Below are positions 21,411 to 30,546 of a stretch of 53,711 bases of DNA, in pieces (the first letter of the stretch is position 1; the number at the start of each line of letters is the position of its first letter). The notes under the pieces are model-generated. The model did no database searches and was not told the origin of the DNA. It was given only the letters and a program-made list of their open reading frames with translations. Source of the DNA: an uncultured Gammaproteobacteria bacterium (lineage in GTDB: Bacteria > Pseudomonadota > Gammaproteobacteria > GCA-002705445 > GCA-002716945); NCBI GenBank assembly GCA_902605525.1, contig CACLCV010000004.1, positions 1 through 53,711 of the forward strand, written 5' to 3'. The position numbers and the translations under genes were made by a program.

Positions 21411-22943
21411 TTATGAATAAAGAAAAGTAACATTTATTCTACGGTTTATATATTTGTTATCAAAGTTTATGTCATCAGTTGCATGATATAGCTTAGAGTT
21501 GAATATAACAGCTCTGTTAGCTTTATAAGGGATTCTTATATAATCAGATTCACTTACATCAAGTAACATTTTTTCTGAATTTATAGAAGAATTATAATCA
21601 GAAAAGCTAGAAGTCTCGTTAGGCTTTTTCTTCCAAATAATCATTCCCCCAGAGTGATTATCTAGGTTTGCATTCTCAGAAGTTAGCCATAAATTAACAT
21701 TCACTTTAGCGTCGTCAGCATGAATCCCTATTCCTTTTTGTTGACTATCATATTTAAAGGCCCAGGCTTGAGTTAGATGATATTTATTAAATATATTTGG
21801 TAGTTTTAAAGTTAAATCCTTACTAAACTGCAAAATTGGTTTGTTTGCCATACCTGTCCCTAAAAATGTTCCAACATATCCACGTGGGTATGGTCTCTTA
21901 AAAATATTTGCACATCTGAAAAATATTTTTAGGTCAATTAGAAATTCTTTAGATAGTATATCATCAACAACACAAATTTCAGGTTGTGATGATGTATATA
22001 CAGATTGAATATTTTCATAGTCAAGATTTTCATTTAAATAAGGAGGTTCTGTTTTAACTGGTTTGTTATATTTAATTTGATGTAAAGTTGAAATAAACTT
22101 TAAATCACCTTCCTTATAATCTTTAGAATCCATATTATTAACTTTTTCTAAAGTATTAAAATAATCTTGAGTAATTTTCATATTTCTTATACCGTCAACG
22201 TCTGAGTCAATATGACAAATCTGTTCATATTCATGCTTTACTAAATACTCTAATACTTTTCTATCTTTCATATCTAAGAGCGTTTTTATATTAGGAGATA
22301 TTTGTGATTTCTTCTCAGCTATTTTAAATAAAGATGATGATTTATCCAGATTATTATTCCATAGATATGCAAGTGCATAATTACAAATTATTTTTTGGTC
22401 AAATGATTCATTTATATGGATACTATCTAAGACTTCGATACAGTCATTTAAATCTGATGATTTTTTATCTTTATTGTAGATTTGAAGATATATACCAATG
22501 ATATTTTGATCAAAGCGGATATTTTCTTTATCGAATTTTTTACCATCTTTAAGTACCTTTAGTGCATCATGATATTTTTCTTGAGCTAGGTAACAATTGG
22601 ATAAATTTAAATAAGATTTAGTGAAGCTTTTTTCATGGCTAATTGCTTTTTTTAGCATTAATTCACATTGCTCATAATCGTTTATATTTCTTAGAGATAT
22701 TGCATAATTATTTAATAGTTCACAATTTTTAGGTTTGATAGAAAATGCTTTTTCATAATATTTAATAGATGATTTATAATTTTTATTCTGACTCAGTACA
22801 ACACCATGTAAATGATTTGAATCAAAATCATTAGGATATTCAGTTAATATTTTAAGATAAATTTTATCAGCCTCATCAATACTGCCTTTTTTATGGCAGT
22901 CTAAAGCTTTCGTTAATAATTTATTTAAATTCAGTGTTTTCAT
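21411..22943 (-). CDS. TPR-repeat protein with C-terminal putative 2OG-Fe(II) oxygenase domain
   Basis: N-terminal TPRs (DFDSNHLHGVV, NCELLNNYAISL, TKSYLNLSN); C-terminal HxD (IHADD), distal His (LYHATD), RRINVTFLY. Start moved to ATG 22943 because the longer ORF runs into tRNA-Phe. Confidence 0.7.
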   Translation of the reverse strand: MKTLNLNKLLTKALDCHKKGSIDEADKIYLKILTEYPNDFDSNHLHGVVLSQNKNYKSSIKYYEKAFSIKPKNCELLNNYAISLRNINDYEQCELMLKKAISHEKSFTKSYLNLSNCYLAQEKYHDALKVLKDGKKFDKENIRFDQNIIGIYLQIYNKDKKSSDLNDCIEVLDSIHINESFDQKIICNYALAYLWNNNLDKSSSLFKIAEKKSQISPNIKTLLDMKDRKVLEYLVKHEYEQICHIDSDVDGIRNMKITQDYFNTLEKVNNMDSKDYKEGDLKFISTLHQIKYNKPVKTEPPYLNENLDYENIQSVYTSSQPEICVVDDILSKEFLIDLKIFFRCANIFKRPYPRGYVGTFLGTGMANKPILQFSKDLTLKLPNIFNKYHLTQAWAFKYDSQQKGIGIHADDAKVNVNLWLTSENANLDNHSGGMIIWKKKPNETSSFSDYNSSINSEKMLLDVSESDYIRIPYKANRAVIFNSKLYHATDDINFDNKYINRRINVTFLYS

Positions 22944-22948
22944 ATTAT

Positions 22949-23022
<74 letters not shown>

Positions 23023-23027
23023 ATATA

Positions 23028-23294
23028 TTATTTTTCTGGAGTAAAACCTTGAGGAGCTTGCGAGCCGTCACCGAAAAAGAATTTTTCCATTTCTTCTTCT
23101 AAAAATTTTCTTGCTTTAGGATCCACTGGGGTTAATCTCATTTCATTAATAAGCATTGTCTGATGACTAACCCATTGTTCCCATGCCTCTTTTGATATAC
23201 TTTCTTGTATTTTTTTACCAATATCTCCAGGATATGGAAGATAGTCTAATGCTTCTCCCTCTTTTTTTAACTTTTTACACATTATTTTTTTCAT
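23028..23294 (-). CDS. yggX: Oxidative damage protection / Fe(II)-trafficking protein
   Basis: IMCKKLKKE, PYPGDIGKKI, SKEAWEQW, QTMLINE. Confidence 0.95.
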   Translation of the reverse strand: MKKIMCKKLKKEGEALDYLPYPGDIGKKIQESISKEAWEQWVSHQTMLINEMRLTPVDPKARKFLEEEMEKFFFGDGSQAPQGFTPEK

Positions 23295-24315
23295 ACTCAG
23301 ACCTATATATGTCTAATGCCTTATCTTGATATTTTGGCACACCAACATTAATGTTTGCTAGATTATACCAATTCTTACTTGATAAACTAACTTTTTTGTC
23401 ATTTTTCAAAAAATAAAAGAAGGTATTAAACATTATTTTTTTATCCGTTACTCTGTGAATTATATTACTTCTGTATATTGGCTTAATATCAGAAATATTA
23501 TTACGTAGCATCCATTTACTTGTATGTGAATTTAAAGTGAAGATTGGACTAGAATATAATCCCTGCCAGAGTTTACCAACTTTAATTTTTTCTAAATATA
23601 TTTGATTGCTTTGATTTATTATCACAATAAGATTCATTTTGATATCGTTGATTTTTTTCTTTATTTTTTTCTCTTTTTTATGAGTTGGATTGTAACGACA
23701 GCCTACTGATTTCAATGGGCATCTACAACATTCTGGGTTAGTTCTTTTACATATAACTGAACCAATATCCATCATGCCTTGAATAAAGTCTGAAGTGTAT
23801 TTTAATGGTGTTATCGAGACTGATTTATCCCATAATTTTTTTTCTAAGATAGTTTTGTTTTCTTCTACTATTTCATAAAAACGACTTAATATTCTTTTGA
23901 CATTACCGTCTAGTATCGCCTTATTTGAAAACCCAGAAAATGTGGAAATTGCAGACGCAGTAGTTCTTCCAATGCCAGGCAATGATAAGATATCATCATA
24001 TTTATGTGGAAAGTTATAGTTGTGTTCTCTTGCTATAATTTGAGAACTAAGATGTATATTTTTTATTCGACTGTAATAACCAAGCCCGCTCCATATGAGC
24101 ATCAAATCATCTAAATCTGCTGATACAAGACTCTTGAGATTAGGATATTTCTTTATGAATTTTAAATAATATGGAATAACAGTATTTACTTGTGTTTGTT
24201 GAAGCATTATTTCAGATATCCATATCTTGTAAGGGTCTTTAACTTTCCATGGAAGATTATTTCTTCCATGTTTTTTATACCACTTAAGTACTAAATTAGA
24301 TAAATTTGATGACAC
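23275..24315 (-). CDS. mutY: A/G-specific adenine glycosylase
   Basis: WISEIMLQQTQV, WSGLGYY, LPGIGRTTA, LDGNVKR, 4Fe-4S CKRTNPECCRCP. Confidence 0.95.
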   Translation of the reverse strand: MSSNLSNLVLKWYKKHGRNNLPWKVKDPYKIWISEIMLQQTQVNTVIPYYLKFIKKYPNLKSLVSADLDDLMLIWSGLGYYSRIKNIHLSSQIIAREHNYNFPHKYDDILSLPGIGRTTASAISTFSGFSNKAILDGNVKRILSRFYEIVEENKTILEKKLWDKSVSITPLKYTSDFIQGMMDIGSVICKRTNPECCRCPLKSVGCRYNPTHKKEKKIKKKINDIKMNLIVIINQSNQIYLEKIKVGKLWQGLYSSPIFTLNSHTSKWMLRNNISDIKPIYRSNIIHRVTDKKIMFNTFFYFLKNDKKVSLSSKNWYNLANINVGVPKYQDKALDIYRSEYEKNNV

Positions 24316-24318
24316 TGT

Positions 24319-25116
24319 CTAAAATGGAAGTTTAATATTAATTTCTGATTGAATTTTTTCTTGAATTTTATCTTTTATGGACTTAATGGCCTTGGATTTA
24401 ATTTCTTCTTTAAGTCTCTTTGTTATTAAATCTGATATTTTAATATCTATTTCAGGGGCATTATAATTGCCTGATATAAGAACAGGTAGCTCAGTTTCGA
24501 GTAAGTATTTAGGATAAAATTTATTATATTTTTTTTTGACAATCTCATCAGTTCTTATTTTCGTAGACGCACTAATATTTACTGTCTCTTTAGAAGGATT
24601 AATTTTACCAAAGCCTACACCTTCAAGTAATTCTGTCTTAAGTCTAATATCTTTGATTTGTAAAATATCATCTTGGAAATAGCCTTTTGTTTCAATAAGT
24701 TCGATATCAGAATACTTAGTATTGTTTATATAATAATTTCTCCCTGCAAGAAGGTTGTAAGATTTAATTATAGATTCATCTATATTAATGCCATATAACT
24801 TTGAAGCCTTTAAGCTTAACGAATCGATATCAAACCGTCCTGTTAAAATTTTTGATACTGATACAGAAGCATTAAATTCCTCAGATTGTAGTATTAAAAT
24901 ATTGTTTTTTTTAACAGATAGTTTTTTAGCTTTAATTTTTGTATTGAAACCTAAGTCTAAGCTTAAATCTCCCAATATTTTGAAATCAATATTTGCTTGT
25001 TCTGAAATCACTTTTTCAAGATTAACCTTATGATCATTTATATCAAATAAGACTGTCACGTAAAAAAAGGTTATGATTATTATAGAAGATAAAATATAGA
25101 TAATATTTTTGATCAT
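24319..25116 (-). CDS. Short AsmA-family protein
   Basis: N-terminal TM anchor then AsmA-like start (FDINDHKVNLEKVISEQ...LGDLSL); C-terminal LPVLISGNYNAPEIDI; asmA-mutY position. Confidence 0.65.
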   Translation of the reverse strand: MIKNIIYILSSIIIITFFYVTVLFDINDHKVNLEKVISEQANIDFKILGDLSLDLGFNTKIKAKKLSVKKNNILILQSEEFNASVSVSKILTGRFDIDSLSLKASKLYGINIDESIIKSYNLLAGRNYYINNTKYSDIELIETKGYFQDDILQIKDIRLKTELLEGVGFGKINPSKETVNISASTKIRTDEIVKKKYNKFYPKYLLETELPVLISGNYNAPEIDIKISDLITKRLKEEIKSKAIKSIKDKIQEKIQSEINIKLPF

Positions 25117-25590
25117 TTATTTTTTGATGAAATCCCCAGACTTCCCTCCAGTTTTTGATAGCAACATAATATTATTAATCTGCATACCTCTATCTAAATA
25201 TTTACACATGTCATAGATTGTCATTAGCGCTATTTCAACACCAACTAGCGCTTCTATTTCAACACCTGTTCTACCTTCCGATTTGACCGTTGCGTAACAA
25301 TGAATTTTACTTCGACTTTCTTCAATTTTAAATTCTATAGATACTGCGCTGATTGGTATTGTGTGAGCTAGAGGAATAAGATTAGATGTCTGTTTGACAG
25401 CATTTATACCTGCAATTCTCGCAGTATTTAGGACATCACCTTTTTTGTTATTTAATTGTAGTACAGAATCAAATGCCTGTTTATTTAATATAATTTCACC
25501 AGAGGCTTTAGCAGTTCTGAAAGTTATCTCTTTTTCACTGATGTCTATCATATGTAGATCACCAGATTGATTAATATGATTATTCTTCAT
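25117..25590 (-). CDS. moaC: Cyclic pyranopterin monophosphate synthase
   Basis: HMIDISEK, KKGDVL..ARIAGI.AVKQT..LIPLAH, TGVEIEAL, IYDMCK, KTGGKSG. Confidence 0.95.
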   Translation of the reverse strand: MKNNHINQSGDLHMIDISEKEITFRTAKASGEIILNKQAFDSVLQLNNKKGDVLNTARIAGINAVKQTSNLIPLAHTIPISAVSIEFKIEESRSKIHCYATVKSEGRTGVEIEALVGVEIALMTIYDMCKYLDRGMQINNIMLLSKTGGKSGDFIKK

Positions 25591-25593
25591 TGT

Positions 25594-25627
25594 TTGTCAA
25601 CATAAGTATATTACAATAGTATAGCAA
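25594..25627. promoter_or_regulatory. Overlapping divergent sigma70-like promoters for moaC (-) and rdgB (+)
   Basis: Plus: TTGTCA-17-TAGTAT; minus: TTGCTA-17-TATGTT. The AT-rich background lowers certainty. Confidence 0.4.
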
Positions 25628-25647
25628 ATATATTGTCTTGAAGTTTT

Positions 25648-26250
25648 ATGAAAATATTCTTAGCCACTAAAAATAAAGATAAAATAACTGAGTTTCAGGA
25701 AATACTTTACAATATGAATGTTGAATTAGTTACCTGCCATGACATTGACATTCCAGATGTTGAAGAGACAGGCTCTACATTTGTAGAAAATGCAATACTA
25801 AAAGCTAGAAGTGCTTCGAATTTTACCTCTCTACCTTCTATAGCTGATGATTCCGGTATAGAGGTTGATTTTTTAAATGGTCGTCCAGGGGTGTGGTCTG
25901 CAAGATATGCAGGTGAAGATGCGACTAATAAGGAGAATAATAATAAACTTTTAGAAGAACTGGATGGTGTTCCTGATATTAAAAGAGGGGCATGTTATAG
26001 ATGTGTCATAGTTTTCATGAGATTTTCAAATGATCCGTTTCCATTTATTGCACAAGATTCATGGAGAGGGAGAATTAATGATAAACATCAGGGTACTAAC
26101 GGCTTTGGATATGATCCTATTTTTTTCTTGCCTGATAGAAATATAACTTCGGCAGAACTAAGGCCAAGTGATAAACATGAAATAAGTCACCGAGGTAAGG
26201 CTCTTCTAAAATTTTCTAATTATTTTAAAAATTATGTTAAAAATTCTTAA
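25648..26250 (+). CDS. rdgB: Non-canonical purine NTP pyrophosphatase (dITP/XTP)
   Basis: ATKNKDK, EETGSTFVENA..KA, ADDSG, PGVWSARY, FGYDPIF, SHRGKA. Confidence 0.96.
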   Translation: MKIFLATKNKDKITEFQEILYNMNVELVTCHDIDIPDVEETGSTFVENAILKARSASNFTSLPSIADDSGIEVDFLNGRPGVWSARYAGEDATNKENNNKLLEELDGVPDIKRGACYRCVIVFMRFSNDPFPFIAQDSWRGRINDKHQGTNGFGYDPIFFLPDRNITSAELRPSDKHEISHRGKALLKFSNYFKNYVKNS

Positions 26251-27718
26251 ATCAAAATTATATTTTTTACTGATACTAACTTTCATTGCCTCATGTGCAA
26301 AAAATCCTGTTTCAGGTATGCCAGATTTTGTAACTATTACTGAACAGCAAGAAGTAGAAATGGGAAGAGCTTATCATAAAGAGATACTTAAAAATTCTAA
26401 AGTGCTAGATAATAAGGAGCTTACTAAATATTATGTTGAACTAGGAGAAAAAATTGCAAAATCTAGTCATCGTCCTAATTTGAATTGGAAGTTCACTATA
26501 ATTGATGATCCAACTTTTAATGCTTTTGCTACTCCGGGCGGGTATGTTTATTTTTATAGAGGATTGCTTGCACATTTTAATTCGGAAGCTGAACTTGCTG
26601 GTGTGCTAAGTCATGAAATTGCCCATATCACTGCAAGGCATGCAGTAAGGGGTATGAGTACTGCACAAGTAACCAACTTACTTATAGGTCTTGCGGCATC
26701 AAGCGTCCCCGGAGGATCAATTTCGAATAGCGGATTTAATTTACTTAATCAAATTGTAAACAAGGGCTATAGTCGAAAATATGAATCTGAAGCAGATAAT
26801 ATAGCTAAGGAATATCTTGGTAGAAATGGATACAACCAAAACGCCATGGCAAATTTTCTGAAGACTATGAAGAGTGCAGACGATCTTGAAAATGAAATTG
26901 CAAAAAAGGAAGGTAGGCCGATTAGCGCTGGATATCATAATATTTTCTCAACTCATCCCTCTACTGAAAATAGAATTGAAGCGATGAATCAAACGGAAAG
27001 CATGGCTGGCAAAAAAAATAAAGATGCCTTTCTTAAAATGATTGATGGGCTTCCTTATGGCACAAGTGATGACGAGGGCTATATGAGATACAATACCTTC
27101 TATCATCCCTTTTTTGCTATAAAATTTAGTATTCCTAAGGGATGGGAATTAGAAAATCTTCCAGATAAATTAATTATTACAAATAAGGAATCAGAAATAG
27201 TTCTAATAGCAGATAATCTTTTAAGAGATGATATTGAAAATGGTTTTTCTCCTAAAGACTACCTAGATCAGAACATTGATAAAACATCATTCTTATCTAC
27301 TAATGAACTGATTGAACAAAAACCTCTTAATAAAAATAAAATATCTGGCTATACTTATCTATATAAAACTTCATCTATAGTTGATATTACTTATACTAGA
27401 TACTCTGTCTTTTTTGATATTCATCAAGAAGATAAAAAACCTAAAGCATGGATATTTATAAAAAAGTTTAAGGAGATTAACGATGATAATACTTCGAAAA
27501 TTATAGAAACATCATTTCAAAAGATGACTGAAGAAGAAGTAAGTAAATCTCAGGGCTTAAGAATCAAGGTGGTAAGATTCAGGGAAGGAATGTCATATAA
27601 AGAATTAGCTGATAACAGTCCGCTTGGAAGATATGCTGAGGGTAGACTTAGATTATTGAATGGACATTATCCAGAGGGTACACCAGAGGTGGGTACTTTA
27701 ATCAAAATAGTGGAGTAA
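26234..27718 (+). CDS. M48 family Zn metalloprotease lipoprotein with C-terminal LysM-like domain
   Basis: Lipobox IASC, NAFATPGG, HEIAH, YSRKYESEAD, STHP; C-terminal LRLLNG...GTLIKIV. Confidence 0.82.
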   Translation: MLKILKSKLYFLLILTFIASCAKNPVSGMPDFVTITEQQEVEMGRAYHKEILKNSKVLDNKELTKYYVELGEKIAKSSHRPNLNWKFTIIDDPTFNAFATPGGYVYFYRGLLAHFNSEAELAGVLSHEIAHITARHAVRGMSTAQVTNLLIGLAASSVPGGSISNSGFNLLNQIVNKGYSRKYESEADNIAKEYLGRNGYNQNAMANFLKTMKSADDLENEIAKKEGRPISAGYHNIFSTHPSTENRIEAMNQTESMAGKKNKDAFLKMIDGLPYGTSDDEGYMRYNTFYHPFFAIKFSIPKGWELENLPDKLIITNKESEIVLIADNLLRDDIENGFSPKDYLDQNIDKTSFLSTNELIEQKPLNKNKISGYTYLYKTSSIVDITYTRYSVFFDIHQEDKKPKAWIFIKKFKEINDDNTSKIIETSFQKMTEEEVSKSQGLRIKVVRFREGMSYKELADNSPLGRYAEGRLRLLNGHYPEGTPEVGTLIKIVE

Positions 27719-27720
27719 AT

Positions 27721-28977
27721 ATGAAAGGAAATATATTTTATGCGCAGTCTGGAGGCGTAACACCTGTGATTAATGCTACTGCTGCTGGAGTTATTGATGC
27801 ATACAATAAAAATAAAAAAAGTTTTGGAAAATTATATGTAGGAAAAAATGGAATACTTGGAGCTTTAAATGAAGAATTGATAGATATATCTAAAGAGGAT
27901 AAAACTCAATTAGCCCTTCTGAAACAAACACCTGGGGGAGCTTTTGGTTCTTGTAGACTTAAACTAAGTGATTTTAAAAAATCGAAAAAAGATTTCGAAC
28001 GCCTATATGAAGTATTTAAGAAACATAACATAAGATATTTTTTTTATAATGGGGGAGGTGATTCTCAAGATACAACTAATAAAGTCAGTAAATTTTTTAA
28101 AGAAAGAAATTACTCAATAGTTTGCATTGGTTTACCCAAGACGATTGATAATGATTTACCTGTAACAGATAACTGTCCAGGATTTGGCTCTGTAGCCAAA
28201 TACATAGCTACATCGACACTAGAAGCATCCTTAGATGTAAAGTCTATGTGTGAAACATCTACCAAAGTTTTTGTCTTAGAGGTTATGGGAAGACATGCAG
28301 GTTGGTTAGCTGCATCAGCAGGGGTTATTAAAGAAAAAGCAGGAGATGCTCCTCATCTTATTCTTTTTCCTGAAATTCAATTTAATCAAGGTTCTTTTTT
28401 AAAAAAAGTAAAAGAGACAACTATGAAATATGGATATTGTGTAGTCGTTGCATCTGAGGGAATAAAAGGTAGTAAAAATAAATTTCTCAGTGATAGTGGA
28501 TTAAAAGATAGTTTTGGGCACGCTCAACTAGGTGGTGTTGCGCCAGTACTGTCATCTATCATAACTAGTAAACTTAAATACAAAGTTCATTGGGCAGTTT
28601 CTGATTACTTACAGAGAGCTGCAAGACATGTTGCATCAGCGGTAGATGTAGAGCAAGCGTATGCTCTTGGGTTAGAATCAATAAAAGTTGCCAAGTTAGA
28701 GAATAACATTATGCTTACAATTAAAAGTACTACAATCAAACAAAAGTATAAATGGTCTATCAGCTCAACGAGTCTTGATAATGTTGCAAATGTAGAGAAA
28801 ATGTTACCTAAAAATTTTATTAAGTCTAATGGATTTGAAATTACTAGATCATGTAAAGAATACATTTCAAATCTTATTCAAGGCGAAGATTACCCGAGCT
28901 ACGATAATGGATTCCCCCAATATGCAAAACTCGAATGTAAAACTATTAAGAAGAAACTTCCGGCTTATAAATCATAA
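27721..28977 (+). CDS. pfp: 6-phosphofructokinase, probably pyrophosphate-dependent
   Basis: AQSGG, NGGGDS (Asp at the PPi-specificity position), PKTIDND (Lys), EVMGRHAGW, SEG, QRAARH. Confidence 0.88.
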   Translation: MKGNIFYAQSGGVTPVINATAAGVIDAYNKNKKSFGKLYVGKNGILGALNEELIDISKEDKTQLALLKQTPGGAFGSCRLKLSDFKKSKKDFERLYEVFKKHNIRYFFYNGGGDSQDTTNKVSKFFKERNYSIVCIGLPKTIDNDLPVTDNCPGFGSVAKYIATSTLEASLDVKSMCETSTKVFVLEVMGRHAGWLAASAGVIKEKAGDAPHLILFPEIQFNQGSFLKKVKETTMKYGYCVVVASEGIKGSKNKFLSDSGLKDSFGHAQLGGVAPVLSSIITSKLKYKVHWAVSDYLQRAARHVASAVDVEQAYALGLESIKVAKLENNIMLTIKSTTIKQKYKWSISSTSLDNVANVEKMLPKNFIKSNGFEITRSCKEYISNLIQGEDYPSYDNGFPQYAKLECKTIKKKLPAYKS

Positions 28978-29958
28978 TAGCTTGGTATCAGGGACAGTTT
29001 GTATATCCATTAAAGCTTTAATAAATTGTTCATCACTATTCAAACATGGGATAAAAGTAAATTCTTTTCCACCATGTTCAAAATAATCTTCCTTAGATTC
29101 TCTCCCAATTTCATCTATAGTTTCTAAACAATCTGACGAAAACCCAGGGCAAAATACATGTAAATTTGTTATACCTTCTTTTGGAAGTTCTTCTAGCCTA
29201 GATGACAAGTAAGGTTTTATCCATTCAGCTTTTCCAAATCTAGATTGAAAAGCAATCTCATACTCATTCTCAGTTAATTTCAATTCATTAGCAATCAGAT
29301 GTGCCGTATGTAGACATTCTTTTTGGTATGGCTCATCATCACCTATATATGATTCGGGAATACCATGAAAGGAAAACAAAAGTTTATCTGGTTTACTGAG
29401 TAACTTTTGTGATGATCTTATTTTGTCTGCACATGCTTTAATATACAAATTATTATCATGAAAACTGGATACAGCATTTATGCTGACCCCTAAAAAATAA
29501 TTTTTATCCTTTTTAATTAAGTGTCGGATAAGTTCAAAAATAGATAGGGTTGTTGTTGTTGAATATTGAGGAAACATAGGCAGAATCGTTATATCTTTGT
29601 ATCCTTTTTCAATCGATTCATAAAGAATTTTTTTAATGGATGGATTTCCATATCTCATTGCCGTATCGAAATATAATTCAGAGTCAAACTCTCTTGCCAT
29701 ATCTCTTAGGTGACCAGTTTGTGCATAAGTGTGGAAAAGTAATGGGGATCCCCATTCAGTCCAAACTTTGCGATAAAGTTCAGCGCTTTTTTTTGGTCTT
29801 GTCCTAAGTATGACTAGATTTAATAATGTTAACCAAAATAATCTAGGCAATCGTATAACATATTTATCAGATAGGAATTCTTTTAAATATGTTCTAACTT
29901 CTTTTTCATATGGCTGATCTGGAGTCCCCAGATTGACCAAAATAGTTACTTTAGACAC
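28972..29958 (-). CDS. hemH: Ferrochelatase
   Basis: LVNLGTPD, GSPL, AMRYGNP, PQYS.TT, FSFHGIP, FQSRFG..WIKPY, SDCLETIDEI. Confidence 0.97.
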   Translation of the reverse strand: MSKVTILVNLGTPDQPYEKEVRTYLKEFLSDKYVIRLPRLFWLTLLNLVILRTRPKKSAELYRKVWTEWGSPLLFHTYAQTGHLRDMAREFDSELYFDTAMRYGNPSIKKILYESIEKGYKDITILPMFPQYSTTTTLSIFELIRHLIKKDKNYFLGVSINAVSSFHDNNLYIKACADKIRSSQKLLSKPDKLLFSFHGIPESYIGDDEPYQKECLHTAHLIANELKLTENEYEIAFQSRFGKAEWIKPYLSSRLEELPKEGITNLHVFCPGFSSDCLETIDEIGRESKEDYFEHGGKEFTFIPCLNSDEQFIKALMDIQTVPDTKLL

Positions 29959-29961
29959 TTC

Positions 29962-30546
29962 TCATCCCTTTGTAAATCTTTTGCGAATTCTGCTTGTTTT
30001 AGGGACATGGGACAATAGGAAGTCCATTTGGTCTGCAAGAATTGTTCTTCCTCTTAGTATTAAATATTCAACCCTGGATGGTATAAATGGTACAGCTAGC
30101 AATGGCATACCTGCTTGTTCGGGTGTTCTGTCACCTTTTTTATTATTACAGACTTTGCAAGCAGTGACTAAATTTGTCCATTTATCCTCACCCCCTTTAG
30201 ACAGTGGGATTACATGATCTCTAGATAAGTTTTTAAGAGTAAAGGTTTCACCACAATACATGCATGTTTTGGCATCTCTATGGAAAAGGGTGAGATTTGT
30301 AAGGGGTGGAGTGTAATCTGAGTATGATACCTTGCTATAATTCTTAGTTGCAATTATAGAATTTACTTCAATTTTGCTTCTCAAGCCCGTTACTCGGTTA
30401 ATACCCCCTCTCACTAATAGGGAACTGTTGCCACATTCATAAGTTACCTGATCGTTATAATACAATCTCACAGCAGTCTGGTAGGTGATCCATCCTATTG
30501 GCAGCCCGGCATAATTTAGCCTGAGGATCTGTCTTGATATATCCAT
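29962..30546 (-). CDS. HNH endonuclease with N-terminal extension
   Basis: RDAKTCMYCG, SRDHVIPLSKGGEDKWTNLVTACKVCNNKK. Confidence 0.88.
   Translation of the reverse strand: MDISRQILRLNYAGLPIGWITYQTAVRLYYNDQVTYECGNSSLLVRGGINRVTGLRSKIEVNSIIATKNYSKVSYSDYTPPLTNLTLFHRDAKTCMYCGETFTLKNLSRDHVIPLSKGGEDKWTNLVTACKVCNNKKGDRTPEQAGMPLLAVPFIPSRVEYLILRGRTILADQMDFLLSHVPKTSRIRKRFTKG

Noticed and set aside
25591-25622. dif-like sequence (minus strand TTGTAA-TATAC-TTATGTTGACA)
   Set aside because: The central spacer is 5 bp, not 6, and the XerC arm does not match; divergent promoters explain it better.
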